Assembly: GCA_905178155.1 (NCBI GenBank)
Contig: CAJINV010000010.1
Span: 3,740,587-3,804,586 of the forward strand
From: Amoebophrya sp. A120
Lineage: Eukaryota > Protista > Dinoflagellata
Direction: 5' to 3'
DNA length: 64,000 nucleotides
Under the pieces are notes generated by a model that saw only the letters and a list, made by a program, of their open reading frames with translations, did not search any database and was not told the DNA's origin. The position numbers and the translations under genes were made by a program. Each line of letters begins with the position of its first letter. Position 1 is the first letter of the stretch. Of this stretch, positions 56,701-63,300 are shown piece after piece.

Positions 56701-58082
56701 TCGCATTCGAAATCGAGACGATCACGAGGAAAGCAGCCCTGCAAATAGTCGCAAGCTTGTGCGTGGCGGTACGCGCGGCCGAGGCGCAGGATGTAAAAGA
56801 AGTTTTCTTCCTCCGTCCGTGAAGTCGAACAGCAAGTAAGCGACGCGATCCTGTATCCGGGGCACAATCAGCCCCCGCTCGAAGCCTGGCTGCAGAAATC
56901 TCCGATCTTCTTCCGCCACTACTGCAAACTCCCGCTCTTCTTCGACGCCGATGTCAAGCGAAGCCGAAATCTTCAAGATCGAACCAGGATTCGCATGTCA
57001 CGCGCAAACCCCTGGCACACAGCAAACCACACAAGACTCCGGGTCCCGGTCAACTACGCAGCGGCAAATCCCGCAACCGCTGCTGCCAGCTGGGTCAGCA
57101 AGTCAGCAGGGACAACCCGGAGCGGTGCCTGTGCACCAAAGCGGAAAAATGCCAGGAAATCCAGTCGACGTCGAGTACATGAAGATGTGGTATCCCGAAA
57201 CGGCTGGAAAAATTGAGAAGGAGTTGGACGACAAGCAGGCACAAATCGCGAAATTGCAAGAGCAAGTCGAGTTGTACAGGCAGACGTCGCAGAAATTGAC
57301 CCAGGCGCTGCATTCGATGGCAAACCGGCAAACTCGAATGCAAACGCACGGGAAGATGCTGCAGCAAGAAATGCTGCAACTGTTTTATGACGACAAGATT
57401 ACTAAAGACGATTGCCAAGCTAATCCTTTGCTTCTCGACTGCTTATACAGCCAAATCTGGTATGAGTACTCTGATTACAGCACTCAAATTTTAAAAAAAT
57501 TTCACATATTCTTTTCAAGTAGTGAAAAATTTTTTTCTTCAAGCGGGGGGATGGATGTAGCGACGGGTGTCCATAGAAACCGTCTGCGCACCATTCTCAC
57601 CGTGTTCGAAGCGCAAAATAGCATTACAGATTTGCGAGGACAACGCGAAAAGATCTTTTCTCCGCAGCAACAAACTCCACTCAACAATGAAAAATGAAGT
57701 AGATCACGAAATTCCTCTTGTGTGCGAAAAAATGAAGCAGCAGTTTTCCAACACTAGAAATTGTAATCTGGACTTCATTGCACGCGAAATTGACGAGGCA
57801 AAAACAATGACGATGAATTTGTGTTCCTTTCAGAAACCATTTCGAACCCAAAAACAGTTAGGAACTTTGAGACTACGACGTGCCGCAAACTGCACTGTGC
57901 ACGCCTGTAAATCTTGAAGCGACGACATCTATGATAAGAACTGGAAGGGAAAAATACAATTGAGAACTCTTGTTCTCCGTGAATTCATCTTCACGAGAAA
58001 TTTGCATTCTGTGTTCCACTAAGCACTTTTGCTACAGGTCTTTAATATTCGCAAAGGAGAACATGAACAAGAGCACGAATAA
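26740..58082 (+). CDS. Small unknown gene (~120 aa) whose last exon is interrupted by the LTR element
   Basis: Exons 26740-26817, ~26955-27002, 27164-27292, 27563-27633 and 58042-58082 join in frame via one GT-AG intron, two introners and the LTR TSD. No recognised domain. Confidence 0.4.
27003..27158. mobile_element. Degenerate introner
   Basis: Starts TATC; TSD ACGCG/CCGCG; internal GCATCACAAA; in-frame join. Confidence 0.55.
27293..27557. mobile_element. Introner family C
   Basis: TSD CTCGG; ~30-bp TIR. Confidence 0.94.
27634..28123 (+). repeat. 5' LTR, 490 bp
   Basis: Direct repeat of 57556-58036; by eye ~15 substitutions and one 9-bp indel. Confidence 0.97.
28125..28139 (+). promoter_or_regulatory. 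Primer-binding site, tRNA-Gly-like
   Basis: TGGTGCATCAGCCGG, 1 nt after the LTR; reverse complement CCGGCTGATGCACCA resembles the 3' end of eukaryotic tRNA-Gly. Confidence 0.8.
28272..29504 (+). CDS. Extra 5' ORF of the LTR element (410 aa), function unknown
   Basis: Long open frame between the PBS and the gag-like region; non-ATG start in the ORF track. Confidence 0.6.
   Translation: MTSSSSKSSSSSSSVEASKSVVIDCDAIWYAIHKEFAEAKPAAQRAKQPSADPVGDLVDCGANCTVVDKNKDWREATICNWQAAVAIAAAYPERNTVFAATNLPVQTYDDGGLPEIHRTEVILSPRGLERVLLLDTDEVNKCSETLLVKLREQEADGEILLFPPKQNASVGGVNVNAEKANVGQKLLCTPATIEEYNSPKTGHDYHETYDNRHRFFPHEQDLPKGYRSKTCGTSADPASPLYQTEDEITAHAWEAARRKPRTGTKLQSYRSGAQIKHAPGVRVQLGDDTRRHFEAGRLAPRLKDNAKKQLDAILFDINNTPSARHYCDARRVLDYELNTLAENNTEWVQATFNWFKKYNLGPEHDTRCVYVNPSEVTPLDVVNAFVQFNYPAFQFLDCDLNRIGADELER
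29513..34456 (+). pseudogene. gag: gag-like region split into four overlapping frames
   Basis: ORFs 29513-30466, 30429-31424, 31393-33564 and 33503-34456 overlap successively. Coiled-coil N-terminal part; degenerate knuckle C-x4-H-x4-C (CKGISHVAQEC) in a Cys-rich block just upstream of the protease. Confidence 0.6.
34453..35568 (+). CDS. pol: pol part 1: aspartic protease
   Basis: YWCQIDTGDDF (D-T-G motif). The frame continues at 46702 once the nested element is removed (..ASLET|RDEDAI..). Confidence 0.85.
36098..40085 (+). CDS. Putative DDE transposase with CxxH motif, spliced
   Basis: Candidate catalytic residues IEFDGTP (D 36596), VCDGG (D 36896), CAVH (37189) and KTERAH (E 38355); 850-aa last exon; NLS-like PAPKRRKV. 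First exon junction uncertain. Confidence 0.6.
36929..37086. mobile_element. Decayed introner in the transposase gene
   Basis: TATG..GAAAA / TTTTTCC..GATA ends; several TTTGTCATGC motifs; TSD ACTAT/AATGT. The +5 rule is 1 nt out of frame here. Confidence 0.55.
37365..37484. mobile_element. Introner family H in the transposase gene
   Basis: ~30-bp TIR ATGCATTTGAAA.CGAGCAGCTACGACAGG; TSD GATTA/GCTGA; join GAD|YDLTNN. Confidence 0.85.
40809..45929 (+). CDS. Second spliced gene (or genes) of the nested transposon, function unknown
   Basis: Co-oriented exon-like ORFs: Lys/Ala-rich start at 40809, then 42125-43308, 43437-43791, ~43896-44030, ~44090-44330, 44440-44757, 44921- and 45262-45620. Two junctions verified in frame; the rest are unresolved. 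Confidence 0.5.
43309..43431. mobile_element. Decayed introner
   Basis: TATC...TATA ends; GCATGACAGA motif; flanks CCGGA/CTCTA; +5 rule gives TP|DVVRG. Confidence 0.65.
44758..44915. mobile_element. Introner family I with erased TSD
   Basis: TIR TATGC..TG.AAAAACGAAA..GGAGTTTGTCATG; flanks CAGTA/TTGGT; +5 rule gives ELPV|DDHG. Confidence 0.75.
46702..53199 (+). CDS. pol: pol part 2: reverse transcriptase, RNase H, Macro domain, integrase
   Basis: RT: LVRDAYFGF, GLGPKQNP, FMDD (47488), WLGEI. RNase H: FGDAS, TREL, CHDH, PDGRSR. Macro: INAG..HFGGAGLS, VYAVGP, APLLSGGLY. Integrase: H..FNWPGL..CVQC, FDHVTDLP, ADNAF, QVERPN. Confidence 0.93.
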   Translation, partial: RDEDAIVALQEEIRKAREEEESGEPLAKVTHDHYIRTCSEELSKETTHRLAVSASHILATHQPGEPQPVLKGCVAKWTMGPNEEAAAARPIELNRYNEIAMDYHVEEAIRTDKDEPYGWQQINGPAGPPRIISPGFLVKHVKKDKTTGKMKPVRRKRIAINYQLHNVKTRGCAWVPVQNTNLFYKSRKLKLVRDAYFGFSTLRVSSKTSALAAWSTGLRKRPVMRPKRCGLGPKQNPNNFSMRSETAFGWQQNAKGEYNTHAFMDDVKNSGDDIQTEVAGAVFASKENDHYPALLCDREDWEIDSEPDAESEEEAVDSGLPLDPKMHAKFRQEPEEVMARNAAELKFDRKVMRNTCNRSRLYSTGFENINDQSTVLPREKIATPACMQETDRGKIEAHTIDAFATLAWQTAFGQDWEKVIAIITTDLDGNALRVVLQTESDITLEAAIAPVSGANNRPRDTVTAWIFSDEKTAEKCLHLHRKVWHESDVVDADARINAQAKLCGFAFSIAKLQPASLAVKWLGEIVHPDGGTGINEEQIEKLRELAKEASKDAITAVVHISSWEGVRNYIHNHAETVLPLRPYLLPKNNPKHKPIALFKTDVAAQEALVMVAEKAGPQLRKYPIDWQAVLYFVGFGDASKIKWSVSLWGSYEEEPKTRLHDNAEQMWRTELNWPAKTRELRCMKNFFKYLYPLTEGVSLVYCHDHLSNSPEQLLSSLDGVNVDEVVKRDIHFLKPFLATTWLLHLGGTALRFPDGRSRLYDLEDFNLQKIVPKEACDSAEVALFWLLNPTAREDPEWKAKFIKMGKELAEMEDDDQAFEDEAEMGRKISAVRKLGAPQCEDAGLQTALLCVDPEGPDAHVAANGMVRSLCWANTTHACVRAAKNEKKQKASSSSSSVSAQKLKEEESKIKPTYGGRGRVDWEEIFDEPTAVIRPKRLYTKRDAQVKSGHEYFNYVLDVEVTQGGKTEKVTRWLGRNKCKKLDKDLSDEQATKMAYEEALAFLRKAVGLRWAEEQKQLEHGYHGDVSHNFIILDPIASETSNPVPQFANDFTCRNVMFKDQNYCDNYLILREAVNCTYARCRGRGSVVLRKPSESDDLTPLHDVGVPVESEVKWTTASNELHEKVALPLLQRWFGKQAADGSDIPSGDSKPDGEEAAPPLPQENLTPREEVVQASPAAVQQQAAANEPAQPRPHEEPAAQQPDAGAQVENLAQDEQEESDTPADQIYKHNYRGHRVPDEFVFKTATEGQKYSDPFPPIKAKNTFFVAGINAGSEDLHFGGAGLSKRFREVLGDKKTSTLWDVAAQKKFRIELEKKLLAQPGEVLSCDDKEFLEKYGKRFAVGIATGGKSRTATVFLSAEKSDRFRVMVYAVGPRGEICSKESFLAGIRLTTKHIVNVIHHYNDYAQRKIKTVRAPLLSGGLYRKPRTSPAKVADAILETFLEEYSKIEKKNRFAVEFAIAENAFSEAYRESREIVVSKKAKSVCSLGAGAVRATSKKKKKPLLESFDLDFGDEIDLSFFPVESNLQQGEEVEAGGHTLQDSLEPLIYEAVDTEQERILRALPEMLNAGRLFSVPAAQGNEPTIVGYVQTGICLVVSKSHTKVTSIFSLTQTNSTVTVPARFAHKAVLVLAKELEDGDPTNASTARNIEASCFLNGLFRNSVAQHQKNCKQFGFMCQHLSGNDEELTAAQKRQTAVLKSFAICAGVMLYKGKIYIPRVELEIDSKFFNNKTRMRIYVVVRVHRRWALRSKIRRTKQMVKEYFNWPGLQETVELVVKTCVQCRLKHAAEEPIAAYTPNRQPKRLFQSFVFDHVTDLPESEDGYKNILRVREKLVDLGWLIPTKTREPQEAWDEMWKFVWAQVGCPDDTAADNAFNSLVASFADMGTLHNHGRANEPRDQNQVERPNKEERDRLFKVCSRFPKTWPRILPLLQLIDRNAPRRKLNGRSPAEASCGQRLCLPSAQIFSALHQGRANRDEVMESLREFRDGIVENAEKHSIDSALSTLNRRGTLAKTEICAGDLVIKRSDATSKPTLQYGPDPEKAKVWIVDEVVGETTLKLTAAASIPVVIDGEEVVINSSNDKLPEEERLQTATGSARQFIKLWLDECIKIFSNPKKVGDQEVFGVNVLSGKFITREETDIEQLGKTRHKIAKKYTYLEKCLPLKAGFI
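53600..53772. repeat. ~64-bp tandem repeat x3 downstream of pol
   Basis: GATGCTACG.G.TCG.AAATTG at ~53619, 53683 and 53747. Confidence 0.75.
54107..54508 (+). CDS. Extra 3' ORF of the LTR element, Lys-rich/acidic (133 aa)
   Basis: ATG start, GC3-rich codons, KSKKKKKKA; lies ~65 nt after a TATAAAA at ~54040. Confidence 0.55.
   Translation: MGDSQQPTIKDKSKGKTGPTDQDKSKKKKKKAPGTAASSKQNPNESDSEKSSDMDLAGGIKGESLLINEKDKALFEKEKDKSLLKTEEQESSQANAEDADGEWDESEWRLQCDQWRSNGHEQAARILPQNSLE
55620..56105 (+). CDS. Extra 3' ORF, coiled-coil (161 aa)
   Basis: ATG start; heptad-like YRKQIVEQSEEISKLRLEKEYLKKQ. Confidence 0.5.
   Translation: MSDTITKYVDLYSDKNDNKNFDYYRESTIQSLLPYSLEERASYRKQIVEQSEEISKLRLEKEYLKKQSGEVCAASQELGKLLDPPSFNSGMLPPTAVIGNLERELHYAKQLLTKMGRARYFNEHENLVYKVEKFVDGKFTHRSHFGTPPLQTTFNTFGKPH
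56118..56822 (+). CDS. Extra 3' ORF, function unknown
   Basis: 234-aa open frame; the real start may be the ATG at 56241. Confidence 0.4.
   Translation: MLSFFLERQVTLLQHEIRKILILRSFLFLFQNSTPVPPQRTMGASRRVRTYPPTTKPRLAEKKTRNRCNLASRKVQYSDTCWVLGNLIESASVGTDWTSSDELCYALEEIALREKRSASTIFRATRRGPDTEISTSLRQFSNPIRGALQRPKTTEWQLLQSATDLKIILKLSREPVLLQIARAGPNPAPLKQVYFAFEIETITRKAALQIVASLCVAVRAAEAQDVKEVFFLRP
56951..57697 (+). CDS. Extra 3' ORF, Gln-rich/coiled-coil, reading into the 3' LTR
   Basis: 248-aa frame crosses the PPT and the LTR start. Confidence 0.45.
   Translation: MSSEAEIFKIEPGFACHAQTPGTQQTTQDSGSRSTTQRQIPQPLLPAGSASQQGQPGAVPVHQSGKMPGNPVDVEYMKMWYPETAGKIEKELDDKQAQIAKLQEQVELYRQTSQKLTQALHSMANRQTRMQTHGKMLQQEMLQLFYDDKITKDDCQANPLLLDCLYSQIWYEYSDYSTQILKKFHIFFSSSEKFFSSSGGMDVATGVHRNRLRTILTVFEAQNSITDLRGQREKIFSPQQQTPLNNEK
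57541..57555 (+). promoter_or_regulatory. Polypurine tract
   Basis: AAGCGGGGGGATGGA immediately before the 3' LTR. Confidence 0.8.
57556..58036 (+). repeat. 3' LTR, 481 bp
   Basis: TGTAGC...GCTACA followed by the TSD GGTCT. Confidence 0.97.
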
Positions 58083-58280
58083 ATTGAGGCTCATGGAGAT
58101 CTCCCCACCGGGCGATCATCCAATCGGGAAGCAAAAATGATCAGGATGAAATTTGACAAATTTTAAAGATCGCTATTAAGTACTTACTTTTGTCGGTTGC
58201 TCTACCGCGGACAGAGTGCAGCATCAAATGCGACGTAATTTTTGCTGCACTTCTTTGCCTGCCAAGTCTTCCTTTCGACT

Positions 58281-59857
58281 CGGGCAAGGATTCGGCCGTG
58301 GCGGATGATAGAAGACATACTCACCAGAAGGAAATTGTAGCAGATACTTCGCGAATTTAAGCAGATCCAAAAGTTGCCGCTTTCTAGCAGGTCCAGGGGG
58401 CACTCCCCGTGACGTCCTGGCTGCATGCTGGAGATGAAGCTTACCGCTGAATCCGCTTGCGCGAGGGTTACGCACTCGCTTGGGCCGATAGGGCTATTAG
58501 AGAGGGCGACTGAGAAGGGCGGTCGGCCCCTCCAGCCAACAAAATTCGGTATTGCTGCCCCCGTTGCCCTCTGACCTGCTTCTAGTATTTTTGCTGGAGC
58601 AGGCGCATTCTTTAGCCTCACCATGATGGTGCTCCATCTTCATTTTTGCGCTATGCAGCCTCACCTCGTGCGCCTGCGTTGCCTTGCCCCTGTTTTACGA
58701 TGTGGCGTCGCGTTTTCAGTCTTTACGGCACATTTTTACGCCGCGACGTTTTTACTCGCGCGCGCCAAAGGTTTCGGCGCAGGGGTGTTGCGCGTTTCAT
58801 AGGGTGGCCGGGAATAAAAAAAAAGAAGTCGACCCCTCCGCGCGGAGGGGTCGACTTCTTATTTTCGGAACGGCGCGCGCAGCGCGCCGAAAAATTTTTC
58901 GACTCGGGCACGGATTCGGCCGTGGCGGATGATAGAAGACATAAACATACTATCACAGGGAAAAGTGTAGACGTAGACGGTTTTAAGAAAATGCAGCAAA
59001 AAAATTTTGTGAGCACCCTAGAGCATATTACGAATGCCATAAAAACACGTGCTCACATGGCTAGCTATTGCGGGACTCCTTTGTAGCTGAATTCATTTAC
59101 GCTAGCTAGTGCAAAAGGTCTGGGCGCCGTCCTGCCGATCCATCAAGTGCCGTTCGAGGAGACCCGTCTGGACAGCCACTGTTCCTGGCCCGCGGTCGTA
59201 ACGCCTCAGAAACAGGTCGGCTGGGTGGAGTCTGCAACTTTCCGGCTGGGAGTCAGGCAATTCTCCGGCGGGAACGTCAGCAGGGTCTCCCTGCGAGAGG
59301 GCTGGGCCGCCGCAAATAAGGCGCTAACCCAGGTGGCGGAGGCGAAGCTGATTGACAGCGAAGAGATGCGCCTGCTCACGGGTCGCGAAACCCTCGCAGA
59401 AGCCCTGGCGAGCTGTGTTGATTGTCTCTAGGGAATACGTCTGCTGTTCAAATTTTGCGACTTATCTGCTCACCATTTTGAACAAAAAAGCCGGAGTTCG
59501 GAAATTCGCGAGAGATTGGAAATTTTGCCTGCCTCCAAGGCCAAATTTCCAAGGTACCCCAAAAACCGTCTACATCGACTCTAGACTGCATGGCATGGTC
59601 CATGTAGACGGTCAAAAAGTGGCCCTGACCAACAAAAAACCCCAGAAAAACCGTCTACATCGCATCTAGACTGCGCGCTATGGTCGATTCAGGGGCTCCA
59701 AAAGGGTCACCAATCCCGGGACCCCGTTTTGGAAGGGCTGCGTCGACCATAGCAGGCAGTCTAGATGTTTTGCCAAATCTTCCTAGATGTAGATTCAAAT
59801 GTTTTGCCAAATCTTCCTTTCGCGGGCAAGGATTCGGCCGTGGCGGATGATAGAAGA
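58281..59857. repeat. Three dispersed 36-bp direct repeats plus large hairpins
   Basis: CGGGCA.GGATTCGGCCGTGGCGGATGATAGAAGAC at ~58281, 58905 and 59823; palindrome 58823-58860; stem-loop 59663-59767. Confidence 0.8.
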
Positions 59858-60324
59858 CAAAAACATACAAGATTCCTCGTCCTGGATGTACTTCGAGTAA
59901 GGAATGTATAAATCAAACGCGAGATCCACCTGATCCCTCAGTCGACTTTCGAGAGTTCTGCTCGCTCGGGGTAGTTGAAGGTCAATACAATACAACGGGG
60001 AGGAAGTTGGACAACTAAAATGTTGCGTAACAAAAAACACAAACCTTCGGCACAGACACAGGACAAAATTTTGCTTTGTGTTACTTTCAAGCTATTTCTT
60101 TGCGAGACACCTACTGATCGGTCTACGAACTGCAAAAGGGTATAGCGAATTCATCTTCTGAAGCTGTAATTGCTCATTATAAAAAGACAAACGCCGCCTG
60201 TGTCAAGACGCTCTTCTTGACTTCTTCTTTCCCAAGCATTTCACTACTCATACAATTGTACTTTATCTGCTGCTGAGTCGTTGTTTTTTTCGTTGAATTA
60301 CTTTCAGAAAACATAAACATCATC

Positions 60325-63300
60325 ATGGTCTCCGTGGTCTTTCGTCGCGTGCTTGCCGCTGCCGGCAGCATGTCCGTCTACTTGCACGGAGAAGCGGTTC
60401 TGAAAGGGTTGCTGGGAGGTGGACATCGAGCCACTTTCTCGGAAATAACCAGTCTTCGGACCATGAGCAACGTGTTGAATGTTGGCCAGCACTTTGACGT
60501 TCATCCGGGCCTTGTGGTTGCCGTCCAGTTGCGGTCCCGGCCGGGAAGCAGCGGCGATGGGAAGAACTGGAATGGTAAAAAGCAGTCGAAAGGAAAGGGG
60601 CGGGGTCGGGGGCGAGGGGACGACGGCGGCAAGGGTGGTGGAAAAGGAAAGGTGGAGAGCTGCAACGTATTACAATGAAAAACGATCGTCCCACGACGAC
60701 CCCAGACGTTTCAGATATTTGTGTATGCATATTAAGGTTTTCAAATGCAAAACTCTTTACTTATCAATCTATGCATGCTTGGATCGGAAGACTGCCCCTG
60801 CTACTGCTTTCGATTGTTCTAAGTGTGCAAAGCAGCTCTTACACTACAAGCCCTCCTTGTGCTGGGCCTTTTTGCAAGACAAATTTTTGCTATCCTGGGT
60901 TGAACATTTATCGTCATGCAAATGAAAGGTCGCAAATGTTTCCATTGGTAACTTTGCAATACAAACGCTTCCACATTCTGGCGTTGGGGCACTTTTCGTT
61001 GTAATACAACGGAGATCCTAAGAAAGACCCGTGCCACGAGCGCTATATTTCGAAGCTACAGACTTACGCAAACACAGGCAATATTGAGGGCGCAGAAGCT
61101 GTTTTCAAGCTCATCCAACGAGACGCACACCTGTGCTTTACTGCCATCCACTACGACATGCTGATCAGCGCCTACGCCAAAAGGGGCCTTGTTTGGGGCG
61201 CAATAAATGTTATTCAGAGGATGCGCCAAGAAGAAAACATGGCGCCGACTGTCGTCACCTACAAGTCTTTGCTGACCTGCTACGCCAATGCGGGCAAACT
61301 GGAACGGAACTCAGACAGCACGCCAGAGGCTGTTCTGTCTGAGATGATGGAGTGCGACGGGGTGGCGCCGCATGTCGTCCTGAGGACGCTTCTGAATGCC
61401 TACGCTGAGAGAGGCAACGGCCCGGGCGCAGACCGTGTTTTCCGAATAATGAAAGACGCACCAGGCCCGGCGCCGGATGTCGTCACCTACAACATCCTTA
61501 TCAAAGCCCACGTTCGGAATCGCGACGTTGATAGCGCATACGGCGTGCTTCAAATCATGAGAGACGCACGCGCGGCGCCGGACGTCCGCACCTACACCGC
61601 GCTAGTGGATGCCTGCGCTAGGAGTGGCAACGTTCGGGGCGCATACGAGTTGTTTCAAATGATGCAAGACGAAGGCGTGGCGCCAAATGTCGTCACCTAC
61701 AACGTTCTCATAGCAGCCCACGCTCGGAAACGCGACGAACGGGGTCGTGCATGGGATGTGTTTCAAATGATGACAGACGCAGGCGTATCACGAGAAAAAA
61801 GTGTTACAGTAACACATTTGTTGGAGTTTCTGCATCACAAATTTTCTCTGCGTGGCAGAGAAAACTTGTAATGCGAAGATCATAAGGGAACACAGGAAGG
61901 AAACGAGGCTCCCAAGCATTTCCTGCATGAGAGAGGTTGTCTGTGTTGCCGGTCTTGCAACACAATGTGTAACTGTAACACTTTTTTCTTGCGATAAGGC
62001 GTGGCGCCGAATGTCGTCACCTACACCTCGCTTATCCTGCGCAAAAGTATCGTAGTCGTACTAATTGCAAATATGCATGACAAATCTCCTTCCTAAGGTA
62101 AAACAGCATTACAAATTCCACTTTTCTTCTTGCCAAAATTTGTGATGCAATTTATACTAGTACGATACTTTTGCAATGCATATCGCTAGTGGATGCCTGC
62201 GCTAAGAGTGGCAACGTTCGGGGCGCATACGATGTGTTTCAAATGATGCAAGACGAAGGCGTGGCGCCGAATCTCTTCACCTACACCGCGCTGCTGGGTG
62301 CGCACATGGACGCGGCCGCCGCGGAAAACGACAAGAAAATCCGTGGCGACATTATCCGGGATATTCTACTTAAAAACGTACTTACCCACCCCATAGTCAA
62401 GATCGGGAATCGGCTAGACAAATCCACAAGCTTTGGCTGTTTCGCATGACAAATTTGGACGCGTAGTGCTGTTTGAGCTAGTTCAGCAGCATTACAGATC
62501 TAATCTCTCATGCTGATTGGAGCATGACAAATTTCAAAACACCATTAGAAAATGCTTCTCGTGGGGCTCCGCATGAGAAACATTTTAAGCATGCAGATTT
62601 GCATGACAACTATGGCGTGGGGACGTTTTTACACAGGATACGGGACGGCATTGGCCAGCTGCTGGACTTGATGCTAAGAGCCGAAAATTGGAGGCCTAAC
62701 GATGCTTATGAAATGCGAATATGTCATCTGGGTCTGGAAGGTTCTTGCAACTTGTGATGCTAAATCTGAATCACGCAAAAAATCTGTGTTGCATGTTTAC
62801 CTACAGCCGTCCTTTTTTACCAAGTTGAGAGGGAATTTCTCATGCAGGATAGGCATGATCGAGATCTCACAGAATTTGTCATCCTAGGTGCTGCATTCCA
62901 GACCTCATGGGTCATGGAAAACCTACATGACAAATCTGGCATCCTTCCAGACCCAGACATATTTGCACTGGATATTGCTACCTTCCGAAGTATTTTCCAA
63001 CGCCAGTATGATAGGATGGGCAGGACAGAGGAGGCCAGGAAGCTGGTCCGCGAAATGGAGTATCAAGTGCGAATGTGTCTGGGTCTGGAAGATTGCTGAG
63101 GTTTGCGATGCAGTGTCTACTGCGTGGCCCAGTCCCAGAACATCCGCCACGCAAGTCCTAGCGTCACAGGTGTGCCTGAGACTGTTTCTTCAGGCCTAAT
63201 CCGCATGACAAATGCCTTCTGTTTTTGACAGCAAGAAGAGGGACTTTTGCTGCCCAAGCATGACAGATTTTTGGGTGATCTAAAATCTAAATGTGCACTA

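Larger units (their letters stand above)
27634..58036 (+). mobile_element. Giant Ty3/Gypsy-type LTR retrotransposon (30.4 kb; ~19.3 kb without the nested transposon)
   Basis: Two LTRs with TGTAGC...GCTACA ends; TSD GGTCT (27629-27633, 58037-58041); PBS; PPT; pol order PR-RT-RH-IN. Confidence 0.96.

Noticed and set aside
54107-57697. 3' ORFs as an env gene
   Set aside because: No convincing signal peptide, TM anchor or fusion-protein Cys pattern.
458-63199. Short ORFs with recurring peptides such as KNVPTPEL, YVWVWK and LPDPDIF
   Set aside because: They are translations of introner TIRs, not a protein family.
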